Below, piece after piece: positions 48,493 to 58,463 of a stretch of 64,000 nucleotides of DNA (position 1 is the first letter of the stretch; every line of letters starts with the position of its first letter). Source of the stretch: Candidatus Gastranaerophilales bacterium (GTDB taxonomy: Bacteria > Cyanobacteriota > Vampirovibrionia > Gastranaerophilales > Gastranaerophilaceae). The position numbers and the translations under genes were made by a program. The notes beneath the pieces are model-generated. The model was given only the letters and a program-made list of their open reading frames with translations, ran no database searches and was not told the DNA's origin. The DNA lies in the NCBI GenBank assembly GCA_017560095.1, contig JAFYOU010000025.1:28435-92434 (forward strand). Direction: 5' to 3'.

Positions 48493-48897
48493 TTAGAACG
48501 GCATACTATACATTTGTTGCATTTGGTTTTGTAGCATAAACATCTGTTGACTGCTGTCATAATTTTGAGGGAATTGACTATAATTCATTGGTGCAGATTT
48601 CATTTTTCCGTCCGAATTCTTTTTGATTTCGTGTGGAATTAATTTTTTAGCATTTTCTTCTTTTTTCTTCTGCAAAAACTTTGGTAAAGGCATTGCGTAA
48701 TCTTCGTCATCTTCATAATCGTAGTCATCTCTAAACCCACCGCTACCGCTTCTGTGGTAATTTTGGTACATATAACTATTAACATCACCACCATAACCCT
48801 CTGGAGGAACGTAGGTGCTGTCAGGTGTTGATGTAAATGCAAACGCCATCGGAGATGCTAACGCTAAAACTAAAATTAAACCGAAAATCTTTTTCAA
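48493..48897 (-). CDS. Hypothetical secreted protein with acidic D/Y/E stretch and Q/M-rich C-terminus
   Basis: ORF track 134 aa with signal peptide MKKIFGLILVLALASPMAFA. Confidence 0.55.
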   Translation of the reverse strand: MKKIFGLILVLALASPMAFAFTSTPDSTYVPPEGYGGDVNSYMYQNYHRSGSGGFRDDYDYEDDEDYAMPLPKFLQKKKEENAKKLIPHEIKKNSDGKMKSAPMNYSQFPQNYDSSQQMFMLQNQMQQMYSMPF

Positions 48898-49000
48898 AAC
48901 ATTACCTCCATTAGTCTTTTCAACATAATAACAGGAATGAAATTAATCTTCAAGAGTTATCTTCTGTCCTAACCCTCTTCCACAACGAGGCGAGGGAAAT

Positions 49001-49172
49001 CTGTAATTCTGATGAGCGAATGCGAAGAAGAATTTCAAATGATGTCATTCTGAAGCACAAAGTGCTGAAGAATCCCAATCAATTGAGATCCTTCACTAAT
49101 GTTCAGGATGACAGATGTCGGTCTATTTTTATTTACCCCTGTCATTCTGATGAGCGTAAGCGAAGAAGAAGC
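49001..49172. repeat. Second cluster of the REP/MITE-like palindromic units (GTCATTCTGA...GAAGAAT family)
   Basis: Units by eye at 49001-49033, 49044-49075, 49086-49114 (reverse) and 49139-49172. Confidence 0.75.
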
Positions 49173-49220
49173 TAATTTTACATAACTCAATACAGGGAAC
49201 TTATTTATTCAAAGAAAACC

Positions 49221-50027
49221 TTATAGGTAGCATTTTCTTTCTTCGCCTTCAACGCCAGCGTAAAGTTCAACGTATTCTTTTGCAGGGCTCACGTCGATTT
49301 TGCTGATTAAAACTTCTTCGATTTGGAAAAATCCAACTTCGGCTTCCATTTCAATATCTATTTTAATTGGTTTTCTTTCTCCGTGATGAATGCCAATACG
49401 ATTGATGGCGTTAGCAGAATATTTGTGGATATCGCCTACTTTTGGAGTTTTGTTTATTGATAGAGGAATTCTTGCTCTGCCTTTTGTCATATCGCAACCA
49501 TCTGCAATCAAGATTACGCCAGCTTCGATTGAATGGATTTTTCTTGATGCCATATGCCCGATTATTGCCTCTGTTGCAAGTGATTTGATAACGACTCTTC
49601 TGTGTAAGTCATCAGGCAAGACGTGTTGGAGAGTTCGCTCTATTATTGGCTGTGCAAGTATCGCAGACATTTCTTCGTGACCTTGTCTGCCAATCATCAT
49701 TCCTAAATCGTGGGTTAAACCAGCAATAATTACTGCGCACATACTGTCTTCAAATGTGCCGATTTCTTCTCTTTCCAAAGAGGTTTTTATACCTGCATCT
49801 TGTAGGATATTTAGCATTTTGATTGCATTACCTGCAACTTGGCGCATGTGAACAGGACCGTGGTCGTTAAATCCAAGTCTTCTGATTGAAACATTGTTTG
49901 CGTATTCTTGCATTTCTTGAAGTTCTTCATCATTGAACATATAATTGACCAACTTCAAGCATGTTGGACTGTTTTCTAGCCTACGCAATATTTTTGATTC
50001 GATAGAAACTTCTTTGATTGATTTCAT
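49221..50027 (-). CDS. HD-domain phosphohydrolase
   Basis: ORF track 268 aa. It has an H...HD pattern (GPVHMRQV..., LTHDLGM). Confidence 0.7.
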   Translation of the reverse strand: MKSIKEVSIESKILRRLENSPTCLKLVNYMFNDEELQEMQEYANNVSIRRLGFNDHGPVHMRQVAGNAIKMLNILQDAGIKTSLEREEIGTFEDSMCAVIIAGLTHDLGMMIGRQGHEEMSAILAQPIIERTLQHVLPDDLHRRVVIKSLATEAIIGHMASRKIHSIEAGVILIADGCDMTKGRARIPLSINKTPKVGDIHKYSANAINRIGIHHGERKPIKIDIEMEAEVGFFQIEEVLISKIDVSPAKEYVELYAGVEGEERKCYL

Positions 50028-50117
50028 TTATTTGTCCTGTGTTTTTAAATCCTGCTATTTACATGATAACCTATTTTTGCAAATTTTTAAAGTGGGATGT
50101 GAAATATAAATGCTAAA

Positions 50118-51347
50118 TTAACTTACTTTTTTCAATATGATTGAAGTATTAATTCCGCCAAACGCAAAATTGTTTGTCATAACGTACTCGGCATCAAGAT
50201 TTCGTCCATCGCCTGTTATGTAGTCAAGTTGTCCGCATTGAGGGTCTATGTTTTTTAAATTTAGTGTTGGGCAGAACCAATTTTTATTCATCATCTCGAT
50301 TGTCAATATTGTTTCGATAGCTCCACAAGCGCCTAGAGTATGTCCTGTGTAGCTTTTGATTGAACTTGTCGGGATAGCTCTGTTGAAAGCCTCAAAAGTT
50401 GCATTTGTTTCGGCAATATCGCCGTTTAGAGTAGCTGTCCCGTGAGCGTTTACGTAGGAAATCTCATCAGGAGAAAGGTTTGCGTTTTGCATAGCCAAAA
50501 TCATTACTTCTCTCATCATATCTTTGTTTGGATTAGTGATGTGAGTTCCGTCAGTATTGGTTGCAAAGCCTACGATTTCTGCCAAAATTTTTGCGCCACG
50601 AGCTTTTGCATGTTCGTATTCTTCTAGTATTAATGTTCCTGCGCCTTCGCCTATTACAAGCCCGTCACGGTCTTTGTCAAAAGGTGATGGTGTGATTTTG
50701 GGAGTTTCGTTTTTAGTGCTTGTTGCATAAAGCGTGTCAAAAACTCCAACTTGTGTTGGGTGAATTTCTTCTGCTCCACCTGCTATCATAACCGTTTGGT
50801 AACCGTTTTTAATCATTTCGTACGCATAACCTATACCCATTGAACCTGAAGTGCAGGCTGTTGATGTAGGGATTAGTCTTCCGTGAGTTTTGAAATGGAG
50901 AGAAAGGTTTACTGCGGTTGTTTGTGGCATCATTTTGATATAAGAACCTGAATTAAGGGTTTTTACTTCTTTGTCAATGCACATTGAATAAAAATCTAAA
51001 ATAGCGTCAAGTGAACCTGATGAAGAACCATAGCTGACACCTGTTTTGCCATTAGTGATAATTTCATCGTTAAATAATCCAGCGTGAGTTAAAGCTTGTT
51101 CTGCGGTCGCTGTTGCCATAACTGAAACTGGTCCCATTGTGCGTGTAACTTTTCGGTTAAAATGGGCAGGTGCTTCAAATCCTTGTACTCTTGCTGCTAG
51201 TCTTGTATTGAGTTTTTCATATTCGTCTAAAATATCCCAGTGTTCAATACAGTTTTCAAATATTTTCAGTCTATTGAATGCGGTTTCTACAGTAGAACCT
51301 AGAGGTGATGCTAGTGCCATTCCTGTTATTACAACACGTTTTGTCAT
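50118..51347 (-). CDS. Beta-ketoacyl-ACP synthase (ApeR/FabF-like KS)
   Basis: ORF track 409 aa. Active-site Cys (TACTSGS) and His motifs (NAHGTAT, GHTLGACG). Confidence 0.9.
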   Translation of the reverse strand: MTKRVVITGMALASPLGSTVETAFNRLKIFENCIEHWDILDEYEKLNTRLAARVQGFEAPAHFNRKVTRTMGPVSVMATATAEQALTHAGLFNDEIITNGKTGVSYGSSSGSLDAILDFYSMCIDKEVKTLNSGSYIKMMPQTTAVNLSLHFKTHGRLIPTSTACTSGSMGIGYAYEMIKNGYQTVMIAGGAEEIHPTQVGVFDTLYATSTKNETPKITPSPFDKDRDGLVIGEGAGTLILEEYEHAKARGAKILAEIVGFATNTDGTHITNPNKDMMREVMILAMQNANLSPDEISYVNAHGTATLNGDIAETNATFEAFNRAIPTSSIKSYTGHTLGACGAIETILTIEMMNKNWFCPTLNLKNIDPQCGQLDYITGDGRNLDAEYVMTNNFAFGGINTSIILKKVS

Positions 51348-52066
51348 AGATAAAGCCCTCCGTTTACTGAAATAACTTGACCTGTAATATATCCTGCATC
51401 TTCGCTCATAAGATAGTTAACAAGACTTGCAACTTCTTTTGCTGTGCCCATTCTTTTTAGTGGAACTTGTTTAATTGCTTCTTCTGGAATATTTTCTGTC
51501 ATGTCTGTTTCAATAATTCCTGGAGCGATACAGTTTACTGTAATGTTTCTTTTTGCAACTTCTCTTGAAAGTGCTTTTGTTGCGCCTATAATACCTGCTT
51601 TTGCAGCGCTATAATTTACTTGTCCTCTGTTTCCAGTTAGTCCTGAAATTGATGACATTGCTACAATTCGACCTTTTCTTGACTGAATTAGTGGCATAAT
51701 TAGTGGTTTCAAGATATTATAAAACCCGTCTAAATTGGTGGTTAAAACGTCATCCCATTCACTATCTTCCATTGCAGGGAATGGGTTGTCCTTTGCTATT
51801 CCTGCGTTTAGGACAATACCGTAGTAAATACCGTTTTCATCAATGTCTTTTGTCAAAATCTCTGCCACTTGCGCCCTGTTTTTAGTGTCAAAAGCTAATG
51901 TGCGACAGTTTACTCCTTTTGAGAGAATTTCTGATTTTAAGTCGTTAAGACGTTCCACGTTGTTTGAGCAATGCAAAACTATGTCATAGCCGTTGTCTGC
52001 AAGATATAATGCTGTTGCTTTGCCAATTCCTCTGCTTGAACCTGTGATTAAAACTGATTTACCCAT
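51344..52066 (-). CDS. 3-oxoacyl-ACP reductase (ApeQ/FabG-like KR)
   Basis: ORF track 240 aa. Motifs: TGSSRGIGKA, NAG and YSAAK. Confidence 0.9.
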   Translation of the reverse strand: MGKSVLITGSSRGIGKATALYLADNGYDIVLHCSNNVERLNDLKSEILSKGVNCRTLAFDTKNRAQVAEILTKDIDENGIYYGIVLNAGIAKDNPFPAMEDSEWDDVLTTNLDGFYNILKPLIMPLIQSRKGRIVAMSSISGLTGNRGQVNYSAAKAGIIGATKALSREVAKRNITVNCIAPGIIETDMTENIPEEAIKQVPLKRMGTAKEVASLVNYLMSEDAGYITGQVISVNGGLYL

Positions 52067-52514
52067 TTGTCTTTAAAAGCTCCTCTACATTGTCGCCTTG
52101 ATATGTGTTTACTGTTGAACTTGCAAGTTCTTCGCCTGCTTCATTATAAATTATACAATCAAATGCCACAATTTCGTTATTTGTAAAGACTTCTTTAGCT
52201 TTGATTGTGTAAGTTTTGCCATTTTCAAACTTGTCTATTGCGCAGTTCATAAGCCTTGCACCTAATAAAAAGCCGATTTTTGGAGGTTCTTCATTGTTTC
52301 TAAAATATGCGTAACATCCGATTGTTTGCGCCATAAATTCTATCCCTGTAGAGGATGGCACGCCGTTAATTGATTTGTCAAAAAATAGCTTTTTGTCGTG
52401 AATTGTTACTTTAGAAGTCAAACTTTGTTCTTCTGCGTTGTATTCGACAACATCGTCGATTAAAATCATAGGAGGTTTGTGTGGAAGTATTTTTTCCATA
52501 TCAAAATTAGGCAT
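52059..52514 (-). CDS. Hot-dog fold 3-hydroxyacyl-ACP dehydratase (ApeP-like)
   Basis: ORF track 151 aa. The LPHKPPMILIDDV N-terminal signature is characteristic of APE-cluster dehydratases. Confidence 0.75.
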   Translation of the reverse strand: MPNFDMEKILPHKPPMILIDDVVEYNAEEQSLTSKVTIHDKKLFFDKSINGVPSSTGIEFMAQTIGCYAYFRNNEEPPKIGFLLGARLMNCAIDKFENGKTYTIKAKEVFTNNEIVAFDCIIYNEAGEELASSTVNTYQGDNVEELLKTNG

Positions 52515-53643
52515 TATTTCTCCTTAAAATCATCGCTGTATTTGTTCCACCAAAGCCAAATGATGTGTTTAGGCAGGTTGTGATTTTTGGAACTGTGCAA
52601 TTTTTTGGAACAAGTTTTATTTTTGGCAAATTTTCATCATAAATGTTGTCGTAAATATGAGGATAAAGTTTGCCATCATTTTTTTCTAAAAGTTTGCAAC
52701 ATAATGCTGTTTCAATAATAGCGGCTGCTCCTAAACAGTGACCAGTTAATGGCTTTGTTGAGCTGGTGTAGACTGTGTCTTTGAAAATAGTAAAAATGGC
52801 TTTTGATTCCATAATTTCGTTTGCACCTGTTCCTGTGCCGTGGAGATTTATGTAGTCAATTTCTTCTGGTTTCAAGTTTGCATTCTCAAGTGCTTGTGAG
52901 ATTGTATTAATTGCTTCTTCTGCGTTCGGGTCAGGTGTTGTTGCGTGATAAATATCTGTTGATTCACCAATCCCGCAGATTTCGATACCATCAAGAGTGT
53001 CTTTTTCAAGAATGAAAATCCCAGCACCCTCGCCGATGTTTATTCCATTTCTGTTTTTTGAAAATGGAATTGTTGGAGTTTGTGAAAGGATTTCTAATGA
53101 GTCAAATCCGAATATTGGAACTTTTGCAATTGGGTCAACGCCAGCAACTAGTACGGCTTGAGCGATATTGTTTTCTAAAAGTTCTTTTGCTATTGAAAAA
53201 GCTTTTATTCCAGAAGAACAAGCTGTTGAAACTGATGTGTAAAAGTTTTTTAATCCAAAATGTTCTTTTAAAAATTTTGCAGGATTTCCAATTTCAGAGT
53301 GGTGGAAATTTTGAGTTTTTTCATATTCTTCAACACCTGAATTTGTTGTGGCAACGAGGACTGCGACATTTTCTTTTCCGTATTTATTGAGAGTGTTTTC
53401 TATATCATTTTTTATTGGTTCACAAGCTTTTAGTAGCAATTTATTGCATCGTAAATCGAAATCAGGGTTTGGGATTTCTGGCAAACTAGATTTTACTGTT
53501 GCGATACGGACAGGTTTTTCTTTAATCAAATTCTCGGTAACTTCAAAATTTGTTGAAGTTCCGATTATAGCATTTTTGTAAATATCTTCTATATTGTCGC
53601 CCAAATTGCACAGAGCATTATATTTTGTAATCTTGATTATCAT
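52507..53643 (-). CDS. Beta-ketoacyl-ACP synthase (ApeO-like KS)
   Basis: ORF track 378 aa. Motifs: TACSSG Cys, NLHGTGT and GHCLGAAA. Confidence 0.88.
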   Translation of the reverse strand: MIIKITKYNALCNLGDNIEDIYKNAIIGTSTNFEVTENLIKEKPVRIATVKSSLPEIPNPDFDLRCNKLLLKACEPIKNDIENTLNKYGKENVAVLVATTNSGVEEYEKTQNFHHSEIGNPAKFLKEHFGLKNFYTSVSTACSSGIKAFSIAKELLENNIAQAVLVAGVDPIAKVPIFGFDSLEILSQTPTIPFSKNRNGINIGEGAGIFILEKDTLDGIEICGIGESTDIYHATTPDPNAEEAINTISQALENANLKPEEIDYINLHGTGTGANEIMESKAIFTIFKDTVYTSSTKPLTGHCLGAAAIIETALCCKLLEKNDGKLYPHIYDNIYDENLPKIKLVPKNCTVPKITTCLNTSFGFGGTNTAMILRRNNA

Positions 53644-53672
53644 AACACCTGACTTTATTGTATAATAATTTT

Positions 53673-54281
53673 ATGAAAAATACCAGTAAAAATTTTTATA
53701 TAAAAAAGTTTTTTATTCCAACTGCTGAAAATATGGATTTGAGTGATATTCCGATGCTTGTGAGAAGAAAAATGAGTAGTTTGGATAAAATCGCTTATTC
53801 TGCAGTTAAAGAGGTTTATGAAGATGGAGTGCAAGAAGTTGTATTTTCTTCGCGATATGGCGAGATTGATAGATTAAAATCTATAATTGAAAGTTATTTG
53901 GCTTGTAATGAGGCTTCGCCAGCGAAATTTTCGGCGTCTGTGCATAATTATTTTGTTGGATTTTTGTGTCAGTTAAAAGGTTTGACGATTTCTTATAATT
54001 CTTTGTCTGCAGGTGAAAATACCCTCTCTATAGGGTTAGTTAAATCTATAATTTCTAAAAAATCAAAAGTTTTGTATTGTTTTGCTGAAAGTGTTCCTGA
54101 AATGAAAGGTTGCGCTTGTGTGATTGGCGATAAAGAAGATGCTAATTCCATTAAATGTACTTTTACTCAAGGTTCTTTTGATATTGAGGAAAATGAATTA
54201 GAGATGTTCAAAAAGTTTTTGCAAGGCGAGGTTTCTTTGTTCAAAACTCCTTGTGGGTTAATCGAAAGGGTTAAAAAATAA
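53673..54281 (+). CDS. KS-N-terminal-like chain-length-factor protein (ApeC-like)
   Basis: The ORF track frame starts at TTG 53658. The ATG at 53673 is preferred. SRYGE and SVHN motifs are present and there is no active-site Cys context. Confidence 0.65.
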   Translation: MKNTSKNFYIKKFFIPTAENMDLSDIPMLVRRKMSSLDKIAYSAVKEVYEDGVQEVVFSSRYGEIDRLKSIIESYLACNEASPAKFSASVHNYFVGFLCQLKGLTISYNSLSAGENTLSIGLVKSIISKKSKVLYCFAESVPEMKGCACVIGDKEDANSIKCTFTQGSFDIEENELEMFKKFLQGEVSLFKTPCGLIERVKK

Positions 54282-55024
54282 TGTTGAAGTATTGGCGTTC
54301 TTTTTTGACTTTGTTTTCTTTTTTGATTTTTGGAATTGGCGCTTGTGTCGTTAATTTTACGGTTGTGCCATTGGCAAAATATTTTGTTAAACAAGAAAAT
54401 TTGTTAGATTTTTATTCAGATGTTGTCCACAGAACGTGGAAATTTTTTGTGGGGTGGTTATGTCTAATAAGGCTAATCAGGCTTGATATAAAAAATGTCG
54501 ACGAGATAAAAAATATTAAAAACAAGATTATTGTTGCAACTCATCCAAGCTTTATTGATGTTGTGATTTTGGTTGGTTTAATCCCAAAAACAACCTGTAT
54601 TGCCAAAGAAGCTTTGAGTCAAAATCCTATTATGTCTAATATTTTGAACACTATTTTTATTACAAGCGAGGCAAATATTGAAGAATTTAAGACTCAAACA
54701 AAATTTATGCTAGATAACGGGTTTAATTTAATTATATTCCCATCGGGAATTAGGCACAGAAAAGGTGAATACCCTAAAATTAAGAAAGGTGCGTCTACTA
54801 TTGCCCTGAATGCGAAGAAAAATATTGTGCCAATTCAGTTTTTTGCAGATGGAGATTTTTTGTTTATAAACCAACCTGTGTGGGCAGCAGATAAAAAAAT
54901 GGTGACTTTTAGTCTTGAAAAACTTGATGAAATAGATGTTTTGGCTGAAATTGAAAAGGGTGAAACTGAAATCGTTCAAAAAAGAAATATTACAAAAATG
55001 ATAGAAAATTCACTATATAAATAA
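54281..55024 (+). CDS. Lysophospholipid/1-acylglycerol-3-phosphate acyltransferase family (ApeD-like)
   Basis: ORF track 247 aa. It has the HPSFID (HxxxxD) and FPSGIR motifs and an N-terminal TM. Confidence 0.8.
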   Translation: MLKYWRSFLTLFSFLIFGIGACVVNFTVVPLAKYFVKQENLLDFYSDVVHRTWKFFVGWLCLIRLIRLDIKNVDEIKNIKNKIIVATHPSFIDVVILVGLIPKTTCIAKEALSQNPIMSNILNTIFITSEANIEEFKTQTKFMLDNGFNLIIFPSGIRHRKGEYPKIKKGASTIALNAKKNIVPIQFFADGDFLFINQPVWAADKKMVTFSLEKLDEIDVLAEIEKGETEIVQKRNITKMIENSLYK

Positions 55025-55044
55025 TTTATGGTATATTAAGGATT

Positions 55045-55302
55045 ATGGAATTAAAAGAAGAGTTAAAAAATTTAATTATTGAATCATTGGAATTAGATGA
55101 GATTACGCCTGATGATATTAAGGATGATGAGCCTTTGTTTATCACTGGTTTAGGATTGGATTCTATTGATGCCTTGGAACTTGGTATGGCATTGAAGAAA
55201 AAGTACAATATTACTATGGGGTCTGACAAAGAAGAAAATAAAAAATATTTTTATTCTGTTAGCACTCTTGCAGAATTTGTGAGGTCAAAGATTGATGGCT
55301 AA
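55045..55302 (+). CDS. Acyl carrier protein (ApeE-like)
   Basis: ORF track 85 aa with an LGLDSIDALEL phosphopantetheine-attachment motif. Confidence 0.88.
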   Translation: MELKEELKNLIIESLELDEITPDDIKDDEPLFITGLGLDSIDALELGMALKKKYNITMGSDKEENKKYFYSVSTLAEFVRSKIDG

Positions 55303-55555
55303 ATTCACAAAAGAAGAAATTTTTGAAGAATTGAAAACCATTTTGGTTGAAGAATTAGAAATAGCAGAAGCTTCAGTTACTGGAGAAGCGAATTTGTTTG
55401 CGGATTTGGATTTGGACAGTATTGACGCTGTTGATATTGCTGTTCGTATGCAAAAATTTACTGATAAAAAGCTTACTCCTGAACAGTTTAAAGAAATTAG
55501 AACCGTAAATGATGTGGTGGATGCTGTTTTTGCTTTGTTAAGTGAAGATGATTAA
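55292..55555 (+). CDS. Acyl carrier protein (ApeF-like)
   Basis: ORF track 87 aa with an LDLDSIDAVDI motif. Confidence 0.88.
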   Translation: MMAKFTKEEIFEELKTILVEELEIAEASVTGEANLFADLDLDSIDAVDIAVRMQKFTDKKLTPEQFKEIRTVNDVVDAVFALLSEDD

Positions 55556-55955
55556 AAATATAAAAGTATTTTTGCCAATAATTTTTACTATTTTGATAAT
55601 AACTCTTTTTCATTTTACGCATTGGATAGTGGTTAAGTATTATCCTGCGGTGATGAATTTTTGTATATTTATGATGTTTTTTGTGTCGTCATTTCAAAAA
55701 GAAACTATTATTCAGCGATTTGCAAGAATGATGGAACCTGATATAAAACCAAAAGCGCTTGAATATACTAGGAATTTGACTTATATTTGGGCGGTGTTCA
55801 CGTTTTTGAATTTTTTGGTGTCGGTGTGGACAATATTTTTGCCTGAAAAGATTTGGGCGTTGTATAACGGTTGTGTTTCGTATGTTTTGATTGGATTATT
55901 TTTTGCGATAGAATATATTGTGAGGATTAATTTCAAGAGGAAATATGACTGCTGA
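55542..55955 (+). CDS. Small integral membrane protein (ApeG position)
   Basis: ORF track 137 aa with four hydrophobic segments. Assigned by synteny position only. Confidence 0.55.
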   Translation: MKMIKNIKVFLPIIFTILIITLFHFTHWIVVKYYPAVMNFCIFMMFFVSSFQKETIIQRFARMMEPDIKPKALEYTRNLTYIWAVFTFLNFLVSVWTIFLPEKIWALYNGCVSYVLIGLFFAIEYIVRINFKRKYDC

Positions 55956-57534
55956 TTTTTTGGAATATTTTTATACTGAAAAATTTGACGAAAAAATTCT
56001 TTTAAAGAGTTTTGGCAAAAGTTTTTCTGTGGCAGATGTTAAAAAATTAGTTGCTTTTAAGATGGATTATCTCAAATCTATCGAAGACAAAACAGTGTCG
56101 CTTGATGGAGAAAATTGTTTTGAATTTATTATAAACTTTTTTGCTTGTATTTTTTCTGGTAAAGAAATTGTGTTAAATAACAATCAAAAAAGCAGTGAAT
56201 TCTTTGTTTTGGGCACTCAAACTGGGAATAATGTTTGTGAATTTCCTAAAATTAATTCAAAAGATGTTTATGTTCAGTTTTTTACTTCAGGAAGTTCCGG
56301 TTTAAAGAAAAAAGTTGTTAAAAGCCTTTGGAATTTGATTAAAGAAGGACAAGATTTGGCTGATGAATTTGGTTTTGTTAAAGGACTAGAATTTGTTTCT
56401 ACTACAACTTTGAACCATCTTTTCGGGATGACTTTTCATTTGATGTTACCTTTGAATTCTGGTGGAGTAATAAATACAGACAGAATAAATTACCCTGAAA
56501 ATATTAATGATGAAAATTTGGTCTTGGTTAGTAGTCCTTCGTTTTTAGATAAAATGGCAAAATATGCAGAAACTCCGTCTGTTAAGCTGAATACGGTATT
56601 TACTGCGGGTGCAAAATTGAAAGACGCAACTTTTGATTATATGTTAGGACTTTCAAAAAATGTTGTTGAAATTTATGGAAGTACAGAAAGTGGGGTAATT
56701 GCATTTCGCCAAAATCCGCAATATAATTTAAAGATATTTAAGAATGTTAGAATTGTTTTGCTGGGAAATTCGGCAGAAATCTCAACTCCATATTCTTTTG
56801 AAGAGAAAAATGTTGTAAATGATGAAATAGAACTTTTAACAGGTAGAGAAATGAAAGTTGTAGGACGTACTGATAGAGTTTTAAAAATTATGGAAAAACG
56901 TATTTCGGCAGAAGAAGTTGAGAAAGAACTTGCTCTGAATAGTTTTGTGCAAGACGCTTATTGCTTGAAATATGGTGAAAAACTTGCATGTCTTGTTGCT
57001 TTGACTAGAGAAGGCAAAGAGTTTGTAATTTCTTTTGGAGTGTCAGAGTTAAAGAAAAATTTAAAAACTTTTTTGGATAACAAATTTGAGATTATTCCGC
57101 AAAAATGGAAATTTATTGATGAAATCCCTAAAAATATTAATGGAAAAATTGATAAAGTAAAAATTGAAAATTTATTCGATATAAATTTATCTTTACCTTT
57201 GATATTAGACAGAAAATATTCTGAAAAAGAAGCAGTTATTCAGTTGTATTTTTATCATAATTGTAATTTTTTCAAGGGGCATTTTGAAAATTATCCTGTT
57301 TTACCTGGTGTTGTGCAGTTGTATTTTGCAAGCTTTTTTGCAAAAGATGCATTTAATGTTGAGTGTACTTCTGGGCAGTTTCGTAAAATAAAATTTTCTA
57401 ACTTGATTAAACCCGACAAAGTTATATTTTTAAGGCTGGAACATACTGAACGTGGGGTTGTTTATAGTTATTTTGATGAAGAAAATACTTATTCTTCAGG
57501 GCAGTTGCCAATTAGAAATTATTGGAGGGAATAA
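55945..57534 (+). CDS. Fusion of AMP-dependent ligase (ApeH-like) and hot-dog dehydratase (ApeI-like)
   Basis: ORF track 529 aa. The N-terminal part has FTSGSSGLKK (P-loop of adenylating enzymes), YGSTESG and a GKIDK terminal Lys. The C-terminal ~110 aa has FKGHFENYPVLPGVVQ (FabZ/ApeI motif). Confidence 0.75.
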   Translation: MTADFLEYFYTEKFDEKILLKSFGKSFSVADVKKLVAFKMDYLKSIEDKTVSLDGENCFEFIINFFACIFSGKEIVLNNNQKSSEFFVLGTQTGNNVCEFPKINSKDVYVQFFTSGSSGLKKKVVKSLWNLIKEGQDLADEFGFVKGLEFVSTTTLNHLFGMTFHLMLPLNSGGVINTDRINYPENINDENLVLVSSPSFLDKMAKYAETPSVKLNTVFTAGAKLKDATFDYMLGLSKNVVEIYGSTESGVIAFRQNPQYNLKIFKNVRIVLLGNSAEISTPYSFEEKNVVNDEIELLTGREMKVVGRTDRVLKIMEKRISAEEVEKELALNSFVQDAYCLKYGEKLACLVALTREGKEFVISFGVSELKKNLKTFLDNKFEIIPQKWKFIDEIPKNINGKIDKVKIENLFDINLSLPLILDRKYSEKEAVIQLYFYHNCNFFKGHFENYPVLPGVVQLYFASFFAKDAFNVECTSGQFRKIKFSNLIKPDKVIFLRLEHTERGVVYSYFDEENTYSSGQLPIRNYWRE

Positions 57535-57951
57535 GTGAAAAATATTTCTTTTGAAACAAAAATTACAGTTCCTTTTTGCGATTTAGATCCTATGAATATT
57601 GTCTGGCATGGGAATTATTTGAAGTATTTGGAACTTGCTAGAGGGCAATTTTTTGATTATTTAGGGTATGGTTATATCGCTATGCACGAGGATGGTGTGG
57701 CTTATCCTATTGCAAAAATGGATTTGAAATTTATTTCTTCTGCAACTTTTAACCAAAATCTTGTTGTAAAATGTGTTTTAGAAGAAATTGAACCTGCAAT
57801 AATTATTAAATATGAAATTAGGGACGAGAAAACAGGAGAAAAACTTTTCAAGGCAAGTTCTATGCAGATGTGTGTTGATTTGAAAACAAAAACTACATTG
57901 TATACTGCTCCAGAAAAGTTGTTGAAAGCTATAAAGGATTTTGATGTTTAA
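57535..57951 (+). CDS. 4HBT/YbgC-type hot-dog thioesterase (ApeK-like)
   Basis: ORF track 138 aa with a GTG start. It has VPFCDLDPMNIVWHGNY with a catalytic Asp context. Confidence 0.8.
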   Translation: MKNISFETKITVPFCDLDPMNIVWHGNYLKYLELARGQFFDYLGYGYIAMHEDGVAYPIAKMDLKFISSATFNQNLVVKCVLEEIEPAIIIKYEIRDEKTGEKLFKASSMQMCVDLKTKTTLYTAPEKLLKAIKDFDV

Positions 57952-58459
57952 GAAGATTTTATTAATATTTTTTATAATTTTTGGTGTTAATACTTGCGGT
58001 ATTGCAGGTGTGTTTGATAACCCCAAAAAACTGGAAGAAATCGCTCCGAACTTGCCTGAATTTAGTAGTATAAAATGCAAGTTCGAACAAGAAAAAACTA
58101 TGCCAAATTCTCAAATGGTTTTGAAATCTTCAGGAGATTTTGAATTTATAAAAGGTGAAGGTATAATATTTAAAACTACTTTCCCTATAGAAAGCACTAC
58201 AAGCTATAATTCTACAGAGTATAAGCAAATCAACGATATTGTGAATGCAATTTCAAATAAAAATTATGGGAAAATAGAAGCTGTTTTCGACTTTTATTTT
58301 GACAAAGTTGGCGACAAATGGACGTTGGGACTTGTCCCAAAAAAATCAAAACAGGTAGCTAAATACCTAAAATCAATCGAAATCGAAGGGATAAATGATA
58401 TTTCAAAAATGAAAATTACGACACAAAATTCTGTTGTAACGTTAATCAAATTTTTCTAA
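57941..58459 (+). CDS. LolA-like lipoprotein-carrier fold protein (ApeL position)
   Basis: ORF track 172 aa with a signal peptide. Size and synteny fit. The sequence-level call is weak. Confidence 0.5.
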   Translation: MMFKKILLIFFIIFGVNTCGIAGVFDNPKKLEEIAPNLPEFSSIKCKFEQEKTMPNSQMVLKSSGDFEFIKGEGIIFKTTFPIESTTSYNSTEYKQINDIVNAISNKNYGKIEAVFDFYFDKVGDKWTLGLVPKKSKQVAKYLKSIEIEGINDISKMKITTQNSVVTLIKFF

Positions 58460-58463
58460 AAGT

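Noticed and set aside
53058-53581. ORFs 53058-53390 and 53348-53581 (+)
   Set aside because: They are antisense to the KS gene at 52507-53643, which has intact Cys/His/His motifs.
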